This document shows positions 9,619-20,014 of a stretch of 64,000 bases of DNA, one piece after another. Positions within the stretch are counted from its first letter, which is position 1, and each line of letters opens with the position of its first letter. This stretch comes from Oscillospiraceae bacterium (GTDB lineage: Bacteria > Bacillota > Clostridia > Oscillospirales > Acutalibacteraceae), in NCBI GenBank assembly GCA_031275995.1, contig JAISNY010000016.1:12690-76689 (forward strand), written 5' to 3'. Under the pieces are notes generated by a model that was not told where the DNA came from, ran no database searches, and saw only the letters and a program-made list of their open reading frames with translations. Position numbers and translations under genes: made by a program.

Positions 9619-11094
9619 TTACGGCTTGAGTTTTGATGCCTGAAGAGCAGCTTCCAATCTTTGCAACGTTTGGTCTTTTCCAATTATTTCAAAGATTTCA
9701 ACTGCTCCCCCAGGCGTGACAGCTAAACCCGAAACCGATATCCGAGCAACCCACATTACTGCGGCGTCTTTTACTCCAACTTCGGAAGCAACTTGAGAAA
9801 AGATTGAACGAATTCCAGCATATGACCAATCCTTAAGTTTTTTCGTTATTTCAATCAAAGCTAAAAGTATTTTTGGAACATTTTCCGGAGTCGTTTTGCT
9901 TTTTTTGTTATAGAAAATTTCAAAATTAAAATCTTTAACTTCGAATAAAAAATCTATCTTTTCGGGTATATCTCCTAATTTTTCAACTCTTTGATGCAAA
10001 ATTTTAGAAAGTTTCAGTCGGTTAGTTCCCTGTAAAACCTTGATAATTTCATTCTTTTTCAATGATTGTCCATTAGATATAAAATTTTCCACAATTTCAA
10101 CAAAATTTTCAACACTTTTACTTTTCATATACTCGAAATTCATCCACAGTAATTTTTTAACATCGAATACTGAAGGAGATTTACCTATGCGGTCGATGGT
10201 AAACTCTTTTTCAAGCTCTTCAAGAGTAAAAAATTCACGTTCTCCTTTGGGGTTCCAACCTAAGAGAGCTATAAAATTGACTATTGCTTCCGGAAGAAAT
10301 CCCTGCGAAACGAGTTCCTGAAAGCTTACGGATCCGTTACGCTTAGAAAGTTTCGAAGTAGTGCCATCTGGATTCTTACCCAAGATTAAAGGAAGATGAA
10401 TATAATTGGGAATGCTCCAACCGAAAGCATCGTAGAGCAAGTTATATTTAGGAGTTGAAGAAAGATACTCACTTCCTCGAACAACGTGAGTAATATTCAT
10501 TTCATGGTCGTCCACCACATTTGCAAAGTTGTATGTTGGAAATCCATCAGATTTTATTAAAATTTGGTCTTCCAATTCTTCATTTTTTATAGAGATCTCA
10601 CCAAAAACCATATCTTTAAAGAAAGAAACGCCCTCAAGCGGCATTTTTTGCCGAATCACATATGGAACGTTCTTCATTAATTTTTGATTTATTTCGTCTT
10701 GGCTCAAAATTCGACATTTTCGATTATATCCATGTGATTCCCCCTCGGCGCTGTGCCCTTCTTTTTCGCAAAAGCAATAATATGCACCCCCCTTAGACAA
10801 AATTTCTGAAGCGTATTTTAAATAAATTTCCCTCCTTTGGCTTTGAACATATGGAGCATAAGGCCCGCCAATGTCAGGGCCTTCGTCATGTTTGATTCCT
10901 GCCAATTTCAACGTTTTATAAATCACAGATTCCGAACCAGCAACATAACGAGAACGGTCGGTATCCTCAATTCTTATTATAAACTTGCCATTCAAAAATT
11001 TAGCAATCAGATATTCAAAAAGTGCCGATCGCAAATTTCCAATATGCATAAAACCTGTAGGACTCGGTGCAAAACGAGTACGAATTGGAAGCAC
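9619..11094 (-). CDS. gltX: Glutamyl-tRNA synthetase
   Basis: RFAPSPTGFMHIGN (HIGH motif) and KLSKR (KMSKS motif); 491 aa. Confidence 0.92.
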   Translation of the reverse strand: MLPIRTRFAPSPTGFMHIGNLRSALFEYLIAKFLNGKFIIRIEDTDRSRYVAGSESVIYKTLKLAGIKHDEGPDIGGPYAPYVQSQRREIYLKYASEILSKGGAYYCFCEKEGHSAEGESHGYNRKCRILSQDEINQKLMKNVPYVIRQKMPLEGVSFFKDMVFGEISIKNEELEDQILIKSDGFPTYNFANVVDDHEMNITHVVRGSEYLSSTPKYNLLYDAFGWSIPNYIHLPLILGKNPDGTTSKLSKRNGSVSFQELVSQGFLPEAIVNFIALLGWNPKGEREFFTLEELEKEFTIDRIGKSPSVFDVKKLLWMNFEYMKSKSVENFVEIVENFISNGQSLKKNEIIKVLQGTNRLKLSKILHQRVEKLGDIPEKIDFLFEVKDFNFEIFYNKKSKTTPENVPKILLALIEITKKLKDWSYAGIRSIFSQVASEVGVKDAAVMWVARISVSGLAVTPGGAVEIFEIIGKDQTLQRLEAALQASKLKP

Positions 11095-11117
11095 AGTAAT
11101 TCAACTCCTGAGAAATA

Positions 11118-12839
11118 TTAAGTTTTAACAGGCCAGTTTAAACTTTTTGTATCTTTAAGATAACAAATCACAGATTCTTTAATAGAGTTTACCCGAGATT
11201 CTGACTCAAATTTTGTTTTACCATTTGCCAGTATATAAAATTTAATCAGAGGCTCAGTACCAGATGGCCTCACAATCAAACGGTTACCACCTGATAATTC
11301 AAAAGATAACACGTCGGAAATCGGTAAATCTATCTTATTTTTAATATTTTTAATCAAATCATGATGAGTTGAACTACGGTAATCACAAACCACTAAAACT
11401 TTTAAAGTTCCGAAACTGTATTTATCTTTGAGAATTTTCATCACTTTTTCAACTTTCGCAATTCTTTTTGAATCAACTACTTCACAGGATAAAGTCAATT
11501 CCGAATAAAAACCATAAGTTTCATATAAATTTTCCAGAATATCCATTAAATTTAGTCTTTTATGTTTAAAATACGCAGTCATTTCACAAGCAATACAGGC
11601 CGCATGAATTCCATCTTTATCGCGAATATAAGGTTCAAAAAGAAATCCTCCGCTTTCTTCAAAACCCATAAGGAAACATTTTGAAGCCTCTTTAAATTCC
11701 AGCTCCTGAAGCTGTTTCCCGACATATTTAAACCCAGGCAAAGTTTCTATTATTTTAATTTTATTTCGTTTTGCAACTTCATCTGCCAGACCACCACTAA
11801 CAATGCTTTTAATAAGTACATTTTTTTTTGTTCCACGCTCGATAAAATAGAAAAGAAACAAAGCCGCAAGTGTATTACCGCTAAGAACCTGATACGAACC
11901 ATTAAACGGAACCGCAACGCCCAAACGGTCGCCGTCAGGGTCGTTTAAGATGATGATATCCGAATTTTGGGTTTTAGCTAAAACGAACGCTTGTTCGAAT
12001 GCTTCTAACTTTTCCGGGTTTGGAACCTGACATGAAGTAAAATTTTCATCAGGAGCCTCCTGGAGTTTTACAATATTTAAATTTTTAAATCCAGTCCTTT
12101 TTAGAATCTCTTTTAAAATTTTCCCAGCGCAGCCGTTAAGCGGAGAATAAGTTAAATTTAATCCATGGGGCGCAAAACTAAATTGACTCAAATCGATTAT
12201 TTTTTTTATATAATTTTCTATTAAATTTTCATTAACAAATTTCGCAGCTCCTTGGGAAAAAGCATCCTTTAAACCTAATGTTTTCACATCGTTGAATACG
12301 TCTATTTTTTCGAAATATTCACATATTTTACCGACATCAACAATTTGAGATCCTAAATCATCATAAACTTTATAACCATTATATTGAGCCCCATTATGGC
12401 TGGCCGTTATCATAATTCCTGCTGAAGTTTTCAATTGTCGAACTGCAAACGAAAGAAGAGGAGTCGGCTGAAATTCTTTAAATATATAAACTTTTATCGC
12501 ATTTCCAGCAAAGACTTCCACTGCTTTAACAGCAAAAAGTTCGGAATTTTTTCGGGTATCATAAGAAATCACAACCGAAGGGTTTACAAATTTATCTAAT
12601 ATAAATTTTGAAATAGCCTGCGTAATTTGAGCGACAGTATACACATTAATTCGGTTAGGCCCAGCACCCATTAATGCACGCACTCCAGCAGTACCGAACT
12701 TTATAGAGTCTCCAAACCTGCTGAAAATTTCATTTTTATCGTCTTTGATGCTTAAAAGCTCTTCACTAACACTTCTATTATCAAAAGTTTTATCTAACCA
12801 CTTGTTATAAAGATCAATCAAATTCACGTTATTCAACAA
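11118..12839 (-). CDS. Alpha-D-phosphohexomutase (phosphoglucomutase/phosphomannomutase family)
   Basis: Active-site loop TASHNGAQYNGYK, metal loop DPDGDRLG and sugar loop GFEESGG. Confidence 0.85.
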   Translation of the reverse strand: MLNNVNLIDLYNKWLDKTFDNRSVSEELLSIKDDKNEIFSRFGDSIKFGTAGVRALMGAGPNRINVYTVAQITQAISKFILDKFVNPSVVISYDTRKNSELFAVKAVEVFAGNAIKVYIFKEFQPTPLLSFAVRQLKTSAGIMITASHNGAQYNGYKVYDDLGSQIVDVGKICEYFEKIDVFNDVKTLGLKDAFSQGAAKFVNENLIENYIKKIIDLSQFSFAPHGLNLTYSPLNGCAGKILKEILKRTGFKNLNIVKLQEAPDENFTSCQVPNPEKLEAFEQAFVLAKTQNSDIIILNDPDGDRLGVAVPFNGSYQVLSGNTLAALFLFYFIERGTKKNVLIKSIVSGGLADEVAKRNKIKIIETLPGFKYVGKQLQELEFKEASKCFLMGFEESGGFLFEPYIRDKDGIHAACIACEMTAYFKHKRLNLMDILENLYETYGFYSELTLSCEVVDSKRIAKVEKVMKILKDKYSFGTLKVLVVCDYRSSTHHDLIKNIKNKIDLPISDVLSFELSGGNRLIVRPSGTEPLIKFYILANGKTKFESESRVNSIKESVICYLKDTKSLNWPVKT

Positions 12840-12932
12840 CTTTAATCAAACTTTTTATAGCCAACTTGCAATGATTATCAAAGAAAACCAAGTCTGACGC
12901 TCTGCAAGGAACAACCTTTCCTAATGATAAGT

Positions 12933-13625
12933 TCAACCAAACTTTACAGAGTTAACTCTAATGCCCGGCCCCATAGTACTCGCTACAGTACAACTTTTAA
13001 CGTACTGCCCCTTGCTTGCTTCTGGTTTAGCCTTAACGATCACGTCCATCAAAGCTTCAAAGTTCTCACAAAGTTTTTCTGGACCGAACGAAGCCTTGCC
13101 GATAGAACAATGAATAATATTGTTCTTATCAAGTCTGTATTCGATTTTACCGGCTTTTGCTTCCCGAACGGCCTTACCGATTTCTGTCGTAACGGTACCA
13201 GCCTTTGGATTTGGCATTAAACTACGCGGTCCCAAAACCTTACCTAACCGCCCTACAGCCGGCATCATATCTGGAGTTGTTATTAAAACATCAAATCCAA
13301 ACCAATTTTCATTTTGAATTTTTTCTATATAATCTTCAGCCCCAACGTAATCAGCGCTGGCTTCAGAAGCGAACTTTTCATTTTCTCCCTTGCAGATTGC
13401 CAAAACCTTAACGGTTTTTCCTGTTCCGTTAGGTAAAACCACCGCGCCACGGACCTGCTGATCAGCATGACGGGAGTCTACACCCATTCTTATATGAATT
13501 TCAACAGTTTCATCAAATTTTGCTTTAGCAGTTTGAACACAAATTCCCAATGCCTCTATCGGCTCGAAAGACGAATTTTTTTCGTAAACTTTACAGATTT
13601 GAGCATACCTTTTTCCTCGTTTCAT
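12933..13625 (-). CDS. rplA: 50S ribosomal protein L1
   Basis: uL1 family sequence (MKRGKRY...). The start was moved to the ATG at 13625, which is preceded by GGAGG; the upstream extension in the track ORF has no SD. Confidence 0.93.
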   Translation of the reverse strand: MKRGKRYAQICKVYEKNSSFEPIEALGICVQTAKAKFDETVEIHIRMGVDSRHADQQVRGAVVLPNGTGKTVKVLAICKGENEKFASEASADYVGAEDYIEKIQNENWFGFDVLITTPDMMPAVGRLGKVLGPRSLMPNPKAGTVTTEIGKAVREAKAGKIEYRLDKNNIIHCSIGKASFGPEKLCENFEALMDVIVKAKPEASKGQYVKSCTVASTMGPGIRVNSVKFG

Positions 13626-13678
13626 GAACATTCCTCCAAAATAGTGGTAAAACCGGAACAAATCCTCCCACAGAACAC

Positions 13679-14110
13679 CTAAGCCTTTATAGTAACGCCC
13701 ATACTTCGAGCCGTGCCGGCGACCATACTAACAGCCGCATCAAGTGTGGCAGCGGTAAGATCAGGCAATTTTTGTTCGGCGATAGCCTTAAGCTGTCCCC
13801 GAGTAATCTCCGCCACCTTGGATTTGTTGGGCACGGCGGACCCCTTCTCAAGGCCACACGCTTTTTTGATCAAAACCGCGGCAGGAGGAGTTTTAGTCAC
13901 AAATTCAAACGAACGATCAGCATATATCGTTATAACAACTGGGATGATCGTGTCGATATCATTTTTTGTACGATCATTAAATTCTTTAGTGAAATTTACC
14001 ATATTCACTCCATGGGGACCAAGTGCCGAACCAAGAGAAGCCGGAGTCGCTTTCCCCCCGGGAATCTGCAATTTAACCTGCGTCACAATTTTTTTTGCCG
14101 ATGTCGCCAT
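13679..14110 (-). CDS. rplK: 50S ribosomal protein L11
   Basis: uL11 family sequence ([24 protein letters not shown]...), 143 aa, immediately upstream of rplA. Confidence 0.95.
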   Translation of the reverse strand: MATSAKKIVTQVKLQIPGGKATPASLGSALGPHGVNMVNFTKEFNDRTKNDIDTIIPVVITIYADRSFEFVTKTPPAAVLIKKACGLEKGSAVPNKSKVAEITRGQLKAIAEQKLPDLTAATLDAAVSMVAGTARSMGVTIKA

Positions 14111-14366
14111 TTAACCGCCTCCAAACGTTTTCTGTTCATTGAATACCACTAGCCTCTTCATCAATCATTAAGATATTGATTGAATTTGGCTGTGATCATC
14201 CTTAACTTAAAACTACTGTTATTATTGATTATAAACAAAACGCCGACCGAACGCAAACCAAAACAAATCTTTATTAAACAAGAAAACTTTCCGCCAAACA
14301 CAAAAAAACACTCTCAAAAATGATCATAAACTTATTTTGATAACCTTATTCAAATATTAATCTAAA

Positions 14367-14906
14367 TTACTTTATAGGTGAAACATCATCTAAACGCAAT
14401 TCAACAGGAATTTTTTTACCAAACATAGGAACATTAACTTTTACAACTCCACCATCCAAATCAATTTCAGAAACATCGCCTTCGGAACCTTGGAGTGGCC
14501 CAACCAAAATCTCTACCAGATCCCCTTCTCCGTAACTAATCTCAAGCCCGCTGTTTACACCAACTCCAAACGTCTCAACGTCCTTCTCATCCATGGGGAG
14601 CGGCTTGGATGAAGAAGTTCCTACAAAACCAACCAAACCTCGAATGCTTCTTAACATATGATAAAAATCATCAGTTAAAACTAATTTTACAAAAATGTAT
14701 CCTTGGTAAAGTTTTCGTTCAACCGTACGCCTTTTGCCTTCTTTTACTTCAGTGAAGGTCTCGGTAGGGATTTTCACACCATGGAACAAATCCGCCAAGC
14801 TATTATTTTCAACAACCTTTAAAATGTTAGCAGCCACATTATTTTCATACCCAGAATATGTTTGAACCACATACCATTTGGCTTCCTCCAGCTTAAGCAC
14901 CCCCAT
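14367..14906 (-). CDS. nusG: Transcription termination/antitermination factor NusG
   Basis: NGN start KWYVVQTYSGYEN, a C-terminal KOW domain, and the conserved secE-nusG-rplK order. Confidence 0.93.
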   Translation of the reverse strand: MGVLKLEEAKWYVVQTYSGYENNVAANILKVVENNSLADLFHGVKIPTETFTEVKEGKRRTVERKLYQGYIFVKLVLTDDFYHMLRSIRGLVGFVGTSSSKPLPMDEKDVETFGVGVNSGLEISYGEGDLVEILVGPLQGSEGDVSEIDLDGGVVKVNVPMFGKKIPVELRLDDVSPIK

Positions 14907-14930
14907 ACAACCTAACTTTATTATGTTTAA

Positions 14931-15164
14931 TCATCGTGAAACATTCATAACGGCGCTTAATGCATGAATCAAGCCCAAATCCACCAAAAAAACAAATATA
15001 CCGACAACAAAAATCATCGCGAGCGTGATGCCCGTATTCTTAAATGTCTCTCGAGGGGTCGGCCATACAACCCTTTTAAATTCCCTAAAAAATTCTTTGA
15101 CCTTTAAAACAGTTGCTAATTCTTTCTTTTTTTCTCCACCGCTATTGTTACCCTCAACAGCCAT
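14931..15164 (-). CDS. secE: Preprotein translocase subunit SecE
   Basis: 77 aa with a single C-terminal TM segment and the motif FFREFKRVVWPTPRET. It sits between rpmG and nusG. Confidence 0.88.
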   Translation of the reverse strand: MAVEGNNSGGEKKKELATVLKVKEFFREFKRVVWPTPRETFKNTGITLAMIFVVGIFVFLVDLGLIHALSAVMNVSR

Positions 15165-15196
15165 GCTTCCACCTCCATAAAACGACCAAAAACAAG

Positions 15197-15346
15197 CTAT
15201 TTTGTCTCTTTATGCTCGGTATGCTTCCTGCAAAACCGACAATGCTTACGTAAGACTAAGCGATCAGGGTCGTTTTTTTTGTTTTTTACTGTGTCAAAAT
15301 TTCGGTGCTTGCACTCTTCACACGCAAGTGTGATTTTAATCCTCAT
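15197..15346 (-). CDS. rpmG: 50S ribosomal protein L33 (Cys4 zinc form)
   Basis: [17 protein letters not shown]...[13 protein letters not shown] chose the ATG at 15346, which is preceded by GGGGGAGAGGG. Confidence 0.9.
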   Translation of the reverse strand: MRIKITLACEECKHRNFDTVKNKKNDPDRLVLRKHCRFCRKHTEHKETK

Positions 15347-15598
15347 GTTAGCCCTCTCCCCCTTATGTCTTCCGAGCACACAACCACACATTGGAGTATA
15401 ACATAACCGTTGATTAAAGTCAAATGCAAAATAGCAGCAAGGATTTACCACAGATATGCTTGAGTAATTAAGCTCAGATGCAATCTAAAAATACAAAATC
15501 CAAGATGAAACATTTTACCACGCCGTAAATTTAAGGCCCGGATAACCTTGATTTCTAAAAGATGAGAGCAAAGGTTCCTTTAAAGCAAGCATTAAAAT

Positions 15599-16009
15599 TC
15601 AGCTGCAATAATCTTCCAATATCTTACTTAACTCTTCTTCATTTCTGGCTGAAATTCCATATTCCAAAAACTTTCTGTCAGCTTCAGGTAGATCTTTCAC
15701 GTAAACGGAAAGAACTTCTCCTGGTTCGGTTGAGCCTTCTCCGAAAACTGCAACCTTTCCATTGTAGGATTTTACCACAAACCCTTGAAGCACTTCCTGT
15801 GAAACCATGAGTTCAGATTCCTGTTGAGGTTCTTTCAACCATTGAGGTTCTTCTTTTGTTTGAATTAATTCAGAGGGATAAGCTAACGTTTTTGAATTTT
15901 TGTAAAATTTCCACACGAACATACAACAAAATAAAAAACAAAAAACAAAAAGACTCAATAAGGTTACTTTGGATCTTTTCACTAGCACCACCACTTTTAA
16001 TTTGCTCAA
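15599..16009 (-). CDS. Membrane-anchored protein with a BofC-C-terminal-like domain (tentative)
   Basis: N-terminal TM segment (LLSLFVFCFLFCCMFVW). The C-terminal pattern NGKVAVFGEG...PGEVLSVYVKDLPEADRKFLEYGISARNEEELSKILEDY recalls the BofC C-terminal domain. The start is uncertain: it is TTG with no SD. Confidence 0.35.
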   Translation of the reverse strand: MSKLKVVVLVKRSKVTLLSLFVFCFLFCCMFVWKFYKNSKTLAYPSELIQTKEEPQWLKEPQQESELMVSQEVLQGFVVKSYNGKVAVFGEGSTEPGEVLSVYVKDLPEADRKFLEYGISARNEEELSKILEDYCS

Positions 16010-16060
16010 AATAATTAATTTTATCCATTAACATGTTTTCAATCATAAATTTTTGAATTT

Positions 16061-16089
16061 TTGACAAAATTTTATATTATATCCATAAT
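16061..16089 (+). promoter_or_regulatory. Sigma70-like promoter of the orphan two-gene module
   Basis: TTGACA (16061-16066), a 17-nt spacer and CATAAT (16084-16089), about 45 nt upstream of the first ORF. Confidence 0.5.
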
Positions 16090-16135
16090 TTAATTAACAA
16101 AAAGTTTCATAATTTATTGATTTTAATCAAAGGAG

Positions 16136-16777
16136 ATGAATGTAATCATGGGACTTGCGTCTAGATTTTGTAAATTTTTTAATGTAGGGGAGTTTTTTAC
16201 CGTGGAGGTTCACACTCAAACGATGAATTTTGGTCATCGCACAAAACATCAAGTTTTAACGATGAAATTTAATAAAAAAAATAAAAATGGTGGAGATGTG
16301 GATGTGAGACATGTCTTGAAAATGTGTTTAAGAAAGAAACCAACAGCAATGAAAAATGCAGGGATTTATTCAGCGGACGATTGCGTAATACGTAAAGAAG
16401 CTGTGACGGGTGGTGTCTTGGAACATGTCCTCAGATTGAATCAGCTTGTTATAGCCGGAAATAAAGTTCCGATTAAGTTATATTTTTCACGGAAGGATGT
16501 CGAAATCAAAGTTTTTTCGAACGATTTAAGACATAAAACAATAAGCGTTAACGTTCCTATAATTGCAACTAAAACAGAAATCATTTACTGCGTTCATAGA
16601 GATTTTAAAGATTTTGGTGACGGTTCAGGATGGTTGTTTTTAGATACTGGGCAAGAAAACATAAGATTTCATGAAAATCAAGCAATACGGTATTTATTCG
16701 AAAATCTGAGGCCTGACACCCCCTTAAAAACAATAAACAAGGTAATTGTAAAAAAAGAACTAGCTATGAGGGGATGA
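16136..16777 (+). CDS. Hypothetical protein A (213 aa); no recognisable family
   Basis: Long ORF on the coding strand with AAAGGAG upstream (start at ATG 16136 or 16148). It has no signal peptide, TM segment or catalytic motif that I can identify. Confidence 0.6.
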   Translation: MNVIMGLASRFCKFFNVGEFFTVEVHTQTMNFGHRTKHQVLTMKFNKKNKNGGDVDVRHVLKMCLRKKPTAMKNAGIYSADDCVIRKEAVTGGVLEHVLRLNQLVIAGNKVPIKLYFSRKDVEIKVFSNDLRHKTISVNVPIIATKTEIIYCVHRDFKDFGDGSGWLFLDTGQENIRFHENQAIRYLFENLRPDTPLKTINKVIVKKELAMRG

Positions 16778-17013
16778 AACAACGAGGAATGTGGAACTCG
16801 GTAAAACTTTAGGTCCCAGTTTAATCTTAATGTAGTAGAAGTTTTTTGATTTTTCAGTTGCTTACGAAATTATTTAGTATTTTGTTGCAAAGATACTAGG
16901 GCGAAAAAAGTGCTATTTTAAATATGACAAATTCTAAGTTGCATGTTTCGGTAAGTGAAATCCAGTGCATGGATTAAGGTTACATTTCAAGACAAGGGAG
17001 GGGGAACAAAATT

Positions 17014-18888
17014 ATGGGTAATCCGAAAGATAAAAAAAAGGGGTCGCTTCTTCAAATTTCAAGGAAGTTTTTAAAAAAAGTAAAAAGAACATTGGGGATT
17101 ACTACTGCCCTTGAATTCATAGTAGAACATTTTGAAACCAGGAAAAAAGTTATTACTTTTTTTCATTCAAGTGATAATATGGGAAAAGTTTCATCTAAGG
17201 CCACGCGGGAACTCAGAATCCGTTCTGATGCCAATACTGAATTCGGCCTTTTTTACAAAATAGGAGGAAATTTTTCTCGGATAAGAGATAATACTCGTGC
17301 ATTCACAGTATTCAAAGTCTTACAGAAGTCGCCAAAAAATCAAAGGAAGATTTTTTTAGGTCGAATTTGTAAAATTTGTATTTTAGACTATAAAAACGAA
17401 GTCATCTGGGGTACCGAATTGTTTCCTCCTCCTACTAATCGAAAATGTGTTATTGAGCAAGTCCAAAAAGAATTATCTGGGAATTGTGAATATGAATTCG
17501 AACTCTTTGCAAAGGTGAGCGATAATTGGAAAGCAATTAAAGATTCTGATATTAAGCATTCTTCCACCATTGGGGTCAGGGCAGTTGAAGTTGTTAGTAT
17601 TCAAATTGGAGAATTTGATTTTAAAGCCCGCGAAGATCTAAAAATCGTTGATGTTATAAAAGGACATATTCCGGTTGGTGTAGAGGTTTGCAGCAGTTTA
17701 GATTGTACTCCGTTTCAAGAAATTCCCCAATTAAGTGCAGTGTCTAAAGTTAAAAATGCTTTTAAGGTAGGAGAATTATCTAGATACTCAAAGAAATGGG
17801 TTACTTGTGTTAGGGTAAATAAAAGTTTTGTAGAAATAGATAAAAGAACTACTTACAGAGGAATTTTAGAGAAATTCGCTACACACGAAACCATAGATGA
17901 AAAAAGGCTCTTTAAATTACCGCCAGATATAAATCCTGATGCTGTGGTTTGGGGTTCGAAAATTCCTGAAGGAGGAATTAATCTTGTAGCACCTACAAGA
18001 ATTAATTTGAAGGCACCACATAATTCACTTAGTTTTTTTCTTTCTTTGCCTTGCAGTCAGGACGAGGCGGTTAATGCAATTAAAGAACAAACTAGACAAA
18101 TCAACGAAAATTGTTGTATCTTTTTTCAAGATAAGCTAGCAGCAGATGAACTTGCTTCTATTGGAAAGCCTCCGGAAAGTGGAACTTTAGATTTGGGTTG
18201 CCGTTGGATGTTTTTTTACGAAAAGGAAGGCGGTGGTTCTGGCCGGGTAGAAGTTCCTGAAGCAAAAACTAATTTTTATCAACTTCAAGAGGCCATTTCA
18301 AAAAATGAAGGAAAAAGAATGGAACTTAGTTTTCCAATCCACGTTGCAGGTAGTCCTGTTATTAGCATCCAAGTAAGTAGCACAAACAAAAGTGGCAAGA
18401 TGGTTGCATCACCGGCTAAAGATGTATTCGACTTAGTTATGGTAACCATTTATAATTTTGGTACATGCGGAAAAATAGTTCAATTTAATAAAGGGAAGTC
18501 TAACGAGATACGAAAAGATATAACTGTAAAAGAACTTAGACAAAGGGTTGCTGTTGAGCTTGGGATACCTTGCTGGTTTCAAATGGGAAGTACCACAAGA
18601 GATGGAGAAGTAATTTATGAGGATTCTAAAAAACTTTCCGAATTGACCAGAAATGAAAAAGAACTTAGTTTTTCATGTAATGCGTCTGTATTTTGTAGAT
18701 ATCCAGATGGGAAAAAAGTACTTGTGCAAATGCGTGAACCCCAACAAAGTTCAAAATTAGGAGATATTATTAAGACTCCAGGAATGGCTTTGGAGGGCGC
18801 AAACGAATTAGCGTCAAATTACGAAGGAGACGACCCGGATCTAGTTTTTCAACTATCAAGCCTTAAGCCTAAAAACCTGATTCGATAA
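17014..18888 (+). CDS. Hypothetical protein B (624 aa); no recognisable family; possible repeated beta-grasp/ubiquitin-like modules
   Basis: Strong SD (AAGGGAGGGGG) 8 nt before the ATG. The 624-aa ORF has a basic N-terminus and no signal peptide or TM segment. The Ubl-like sequence pattern is inference only. Confidence 0.7.
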   Translation: MGNPKDKKKGSLLQISRKFLKKVKRTLGITTALEFIVEHFETRKKVITFFHSSDNMGKVSSKATRELRIRSDANTEFGLFYKIGGNFSRIRDNTRAFTVFKVLQKSPKNQRKIFLGRICKICILDYKNEVIWGTELFPPPTNRKCVIEQVQKELSGNCEYEFELFAKVSDNWKAIKDSDIKHSSTIGVRAVEVVSIQIGEFDFKAREDLKIVDVIKGHIPVGVEVCSSLDCTPFQEIPQLSAVSKVKNAFKVGELSRYSKKWVTCVRVNKSFVEIDKRTTYRGILEKFATHETIDEKRLFKLPPDINPDAVVWGSKIPEGGINLVAPTRINLKAPHNSLSFFLSLPCSQDEAVNAIKEQTRQINENCCIFFQDKLAADELASIGKPPESGTLDLGCRWMFFYEKEGGGSGRVEVPEAKTNFYQLQEAISKNEGKRMELSFPIHVAGSPVISIQVSSTNKSGKMVASPAKDVFDLVMVTIYNFGTCGKIVQFNKGKSNEIRKDITVKELRQRVAVELGIPCWFQMGSTTRDGEVIYEDSKKLSELTRNEKELSFSCNASVFCRYPDGKKVLVQMREPQQSSKLGDIIKTPGMALEGANELASNYEGDDPDLVFQLSSLKPKNLIR

Positions 18889-20014
18889 TTTCTTCGGTTA
18901 ACTTTTCGGCATTTTTATTGGCTTCTATAACTGATTCTAAGGAATAAATTGGTTTGAAAGCAACTGATTCAAACACTTTTTTGACTACTCTCGGAATATC
19001 CGAAAATCCAATCCGGCCGCTTAAAAATGATTTAACGGCAACTTCATTGGCTGCGTTAAGAGTACATATGGCTTGTTCCCCCATCCGCAATGCTTTTCTG
19101 AACATCTCAAAAATTTGTTCATAGTCCTCTTTAGGCTTTATAAAGGTAAGGATTCCTTTTTTAGTCAAATCCATAGATTTTGAATTGTTTTTTACACGCA
19201 AAGGAAAAGAAAGAGCGCAATGGATTGCAATTTTCATATCAGGTTCTGACATCTGTGCAATCAGAGAGCCATTTACGAATTCAACCATGGAATGTATTAT
19301 GCTTTCGCGGTGTATTACAACTTCTATGGAATAGGGGTCGACACCAAAAAGGTATGCAGCTTCCGCGATTTCAAGACCTTTGTTGATTAATGTAGCGCAA
19401 TCTACGCTGATTTTCGGGCCCATTTGCCAATTCGGATGATTTATTTTTTCGGGAGTAACTTTCTTTAATTCTTCTTTAGAATATCCGAAAAACGGGCCGC
19501 CGGAGCATGTCAAAATCAACTTCTTAACCTCTCCGGAAGTTTTAAGGGTCCCGCCCAAACATTGCCAGATAGCGTTGTGCTCGCTATCGAGAGGAAAAAT
19601 CTGAGCACCGTTTTCCTGAACACATCTCATAAGAATATTTCCGCCTGAGACGATTGATTCCTTATTAGCAATAGCTATTTTTTTACCGCAGCGTGCTGCC
19701 GCAAAAGTAGGCTCTAAACCAGCAAAACCTGAAACAGCATTAACCACAACTTCACAATCTGAAAGAGTCGCTACTTTGCAAAGTCCTTCCTTCCCACTCA
19801 TAAACGATGCTTTATAATTTTTTGAAAGTTCCTGAGCGTCACGGGAATTTTTTACACAAACAAACGCCGGAAAAAATTCTTCTATTTGTTTTTTTAATAA
19901 TTCTATATTTTTCCCTGCTGATATTCCTTCCACTTTGAAGCCCAATTCTTTTGCTACTTCAAGCGCCCGAACTCCTACTGAACCTGTTGAACCTAAAATA
20001 ATTATCTTTTTCAT
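18869..20014 (-). CDS. dxr: 1-deoxy-D-xylulose-5-phosphate reductoisomerase
   Basis: N-terminal NADPH motif ILGSTGSVG, LANKES-like motif IANKESIV, and the conserved core NHPNWQMGPKISVDCATLINKG. Confidence 0.93.
   Translation of the reverse strand: MKKIIILGSTGSVGVRALEVAKELGFKVEGISAGKNIELLKKQIEEFFPAFVCVKNSRDAQELSKNYKASFMSGKEGLCKVATLSDCEVVVNAVSGFAGLEPTFAAARCGKKIAIANKESIVSGGNILMRCVQENGAQIFPLDSEHNAIWQCLGGTLKTSGEVKKLILTCSGGPFFGYSKEELKKVTPEKINHPNWQMGPKISVDCATLINKGLEIAEAAYLFGVDPYSIEVVIHRESIIHSMVEFVNGSLIAQMSEPDMKIAIHCALSFPLRVKNNSKSMDLTKKGILTFIKPKEDYEQIFEMFRKALRMGEQAICTLNAANEVAVKSFLSGRIGFSDIPRVVKKVFESVAFKPIYSLESVIEANKNAEKLTEEIIESGF

Noticed and set aside
13713-14114. A 133-aa plus-strand ORF, and the overlapping 126-aa ORF at 13772-14152
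   Set aside because: Both lie entirely antisense to the highly conserved rplK, with no SD and a low-complexity composition. This is the typical shadow ORF of a strongly codon-biased gene.
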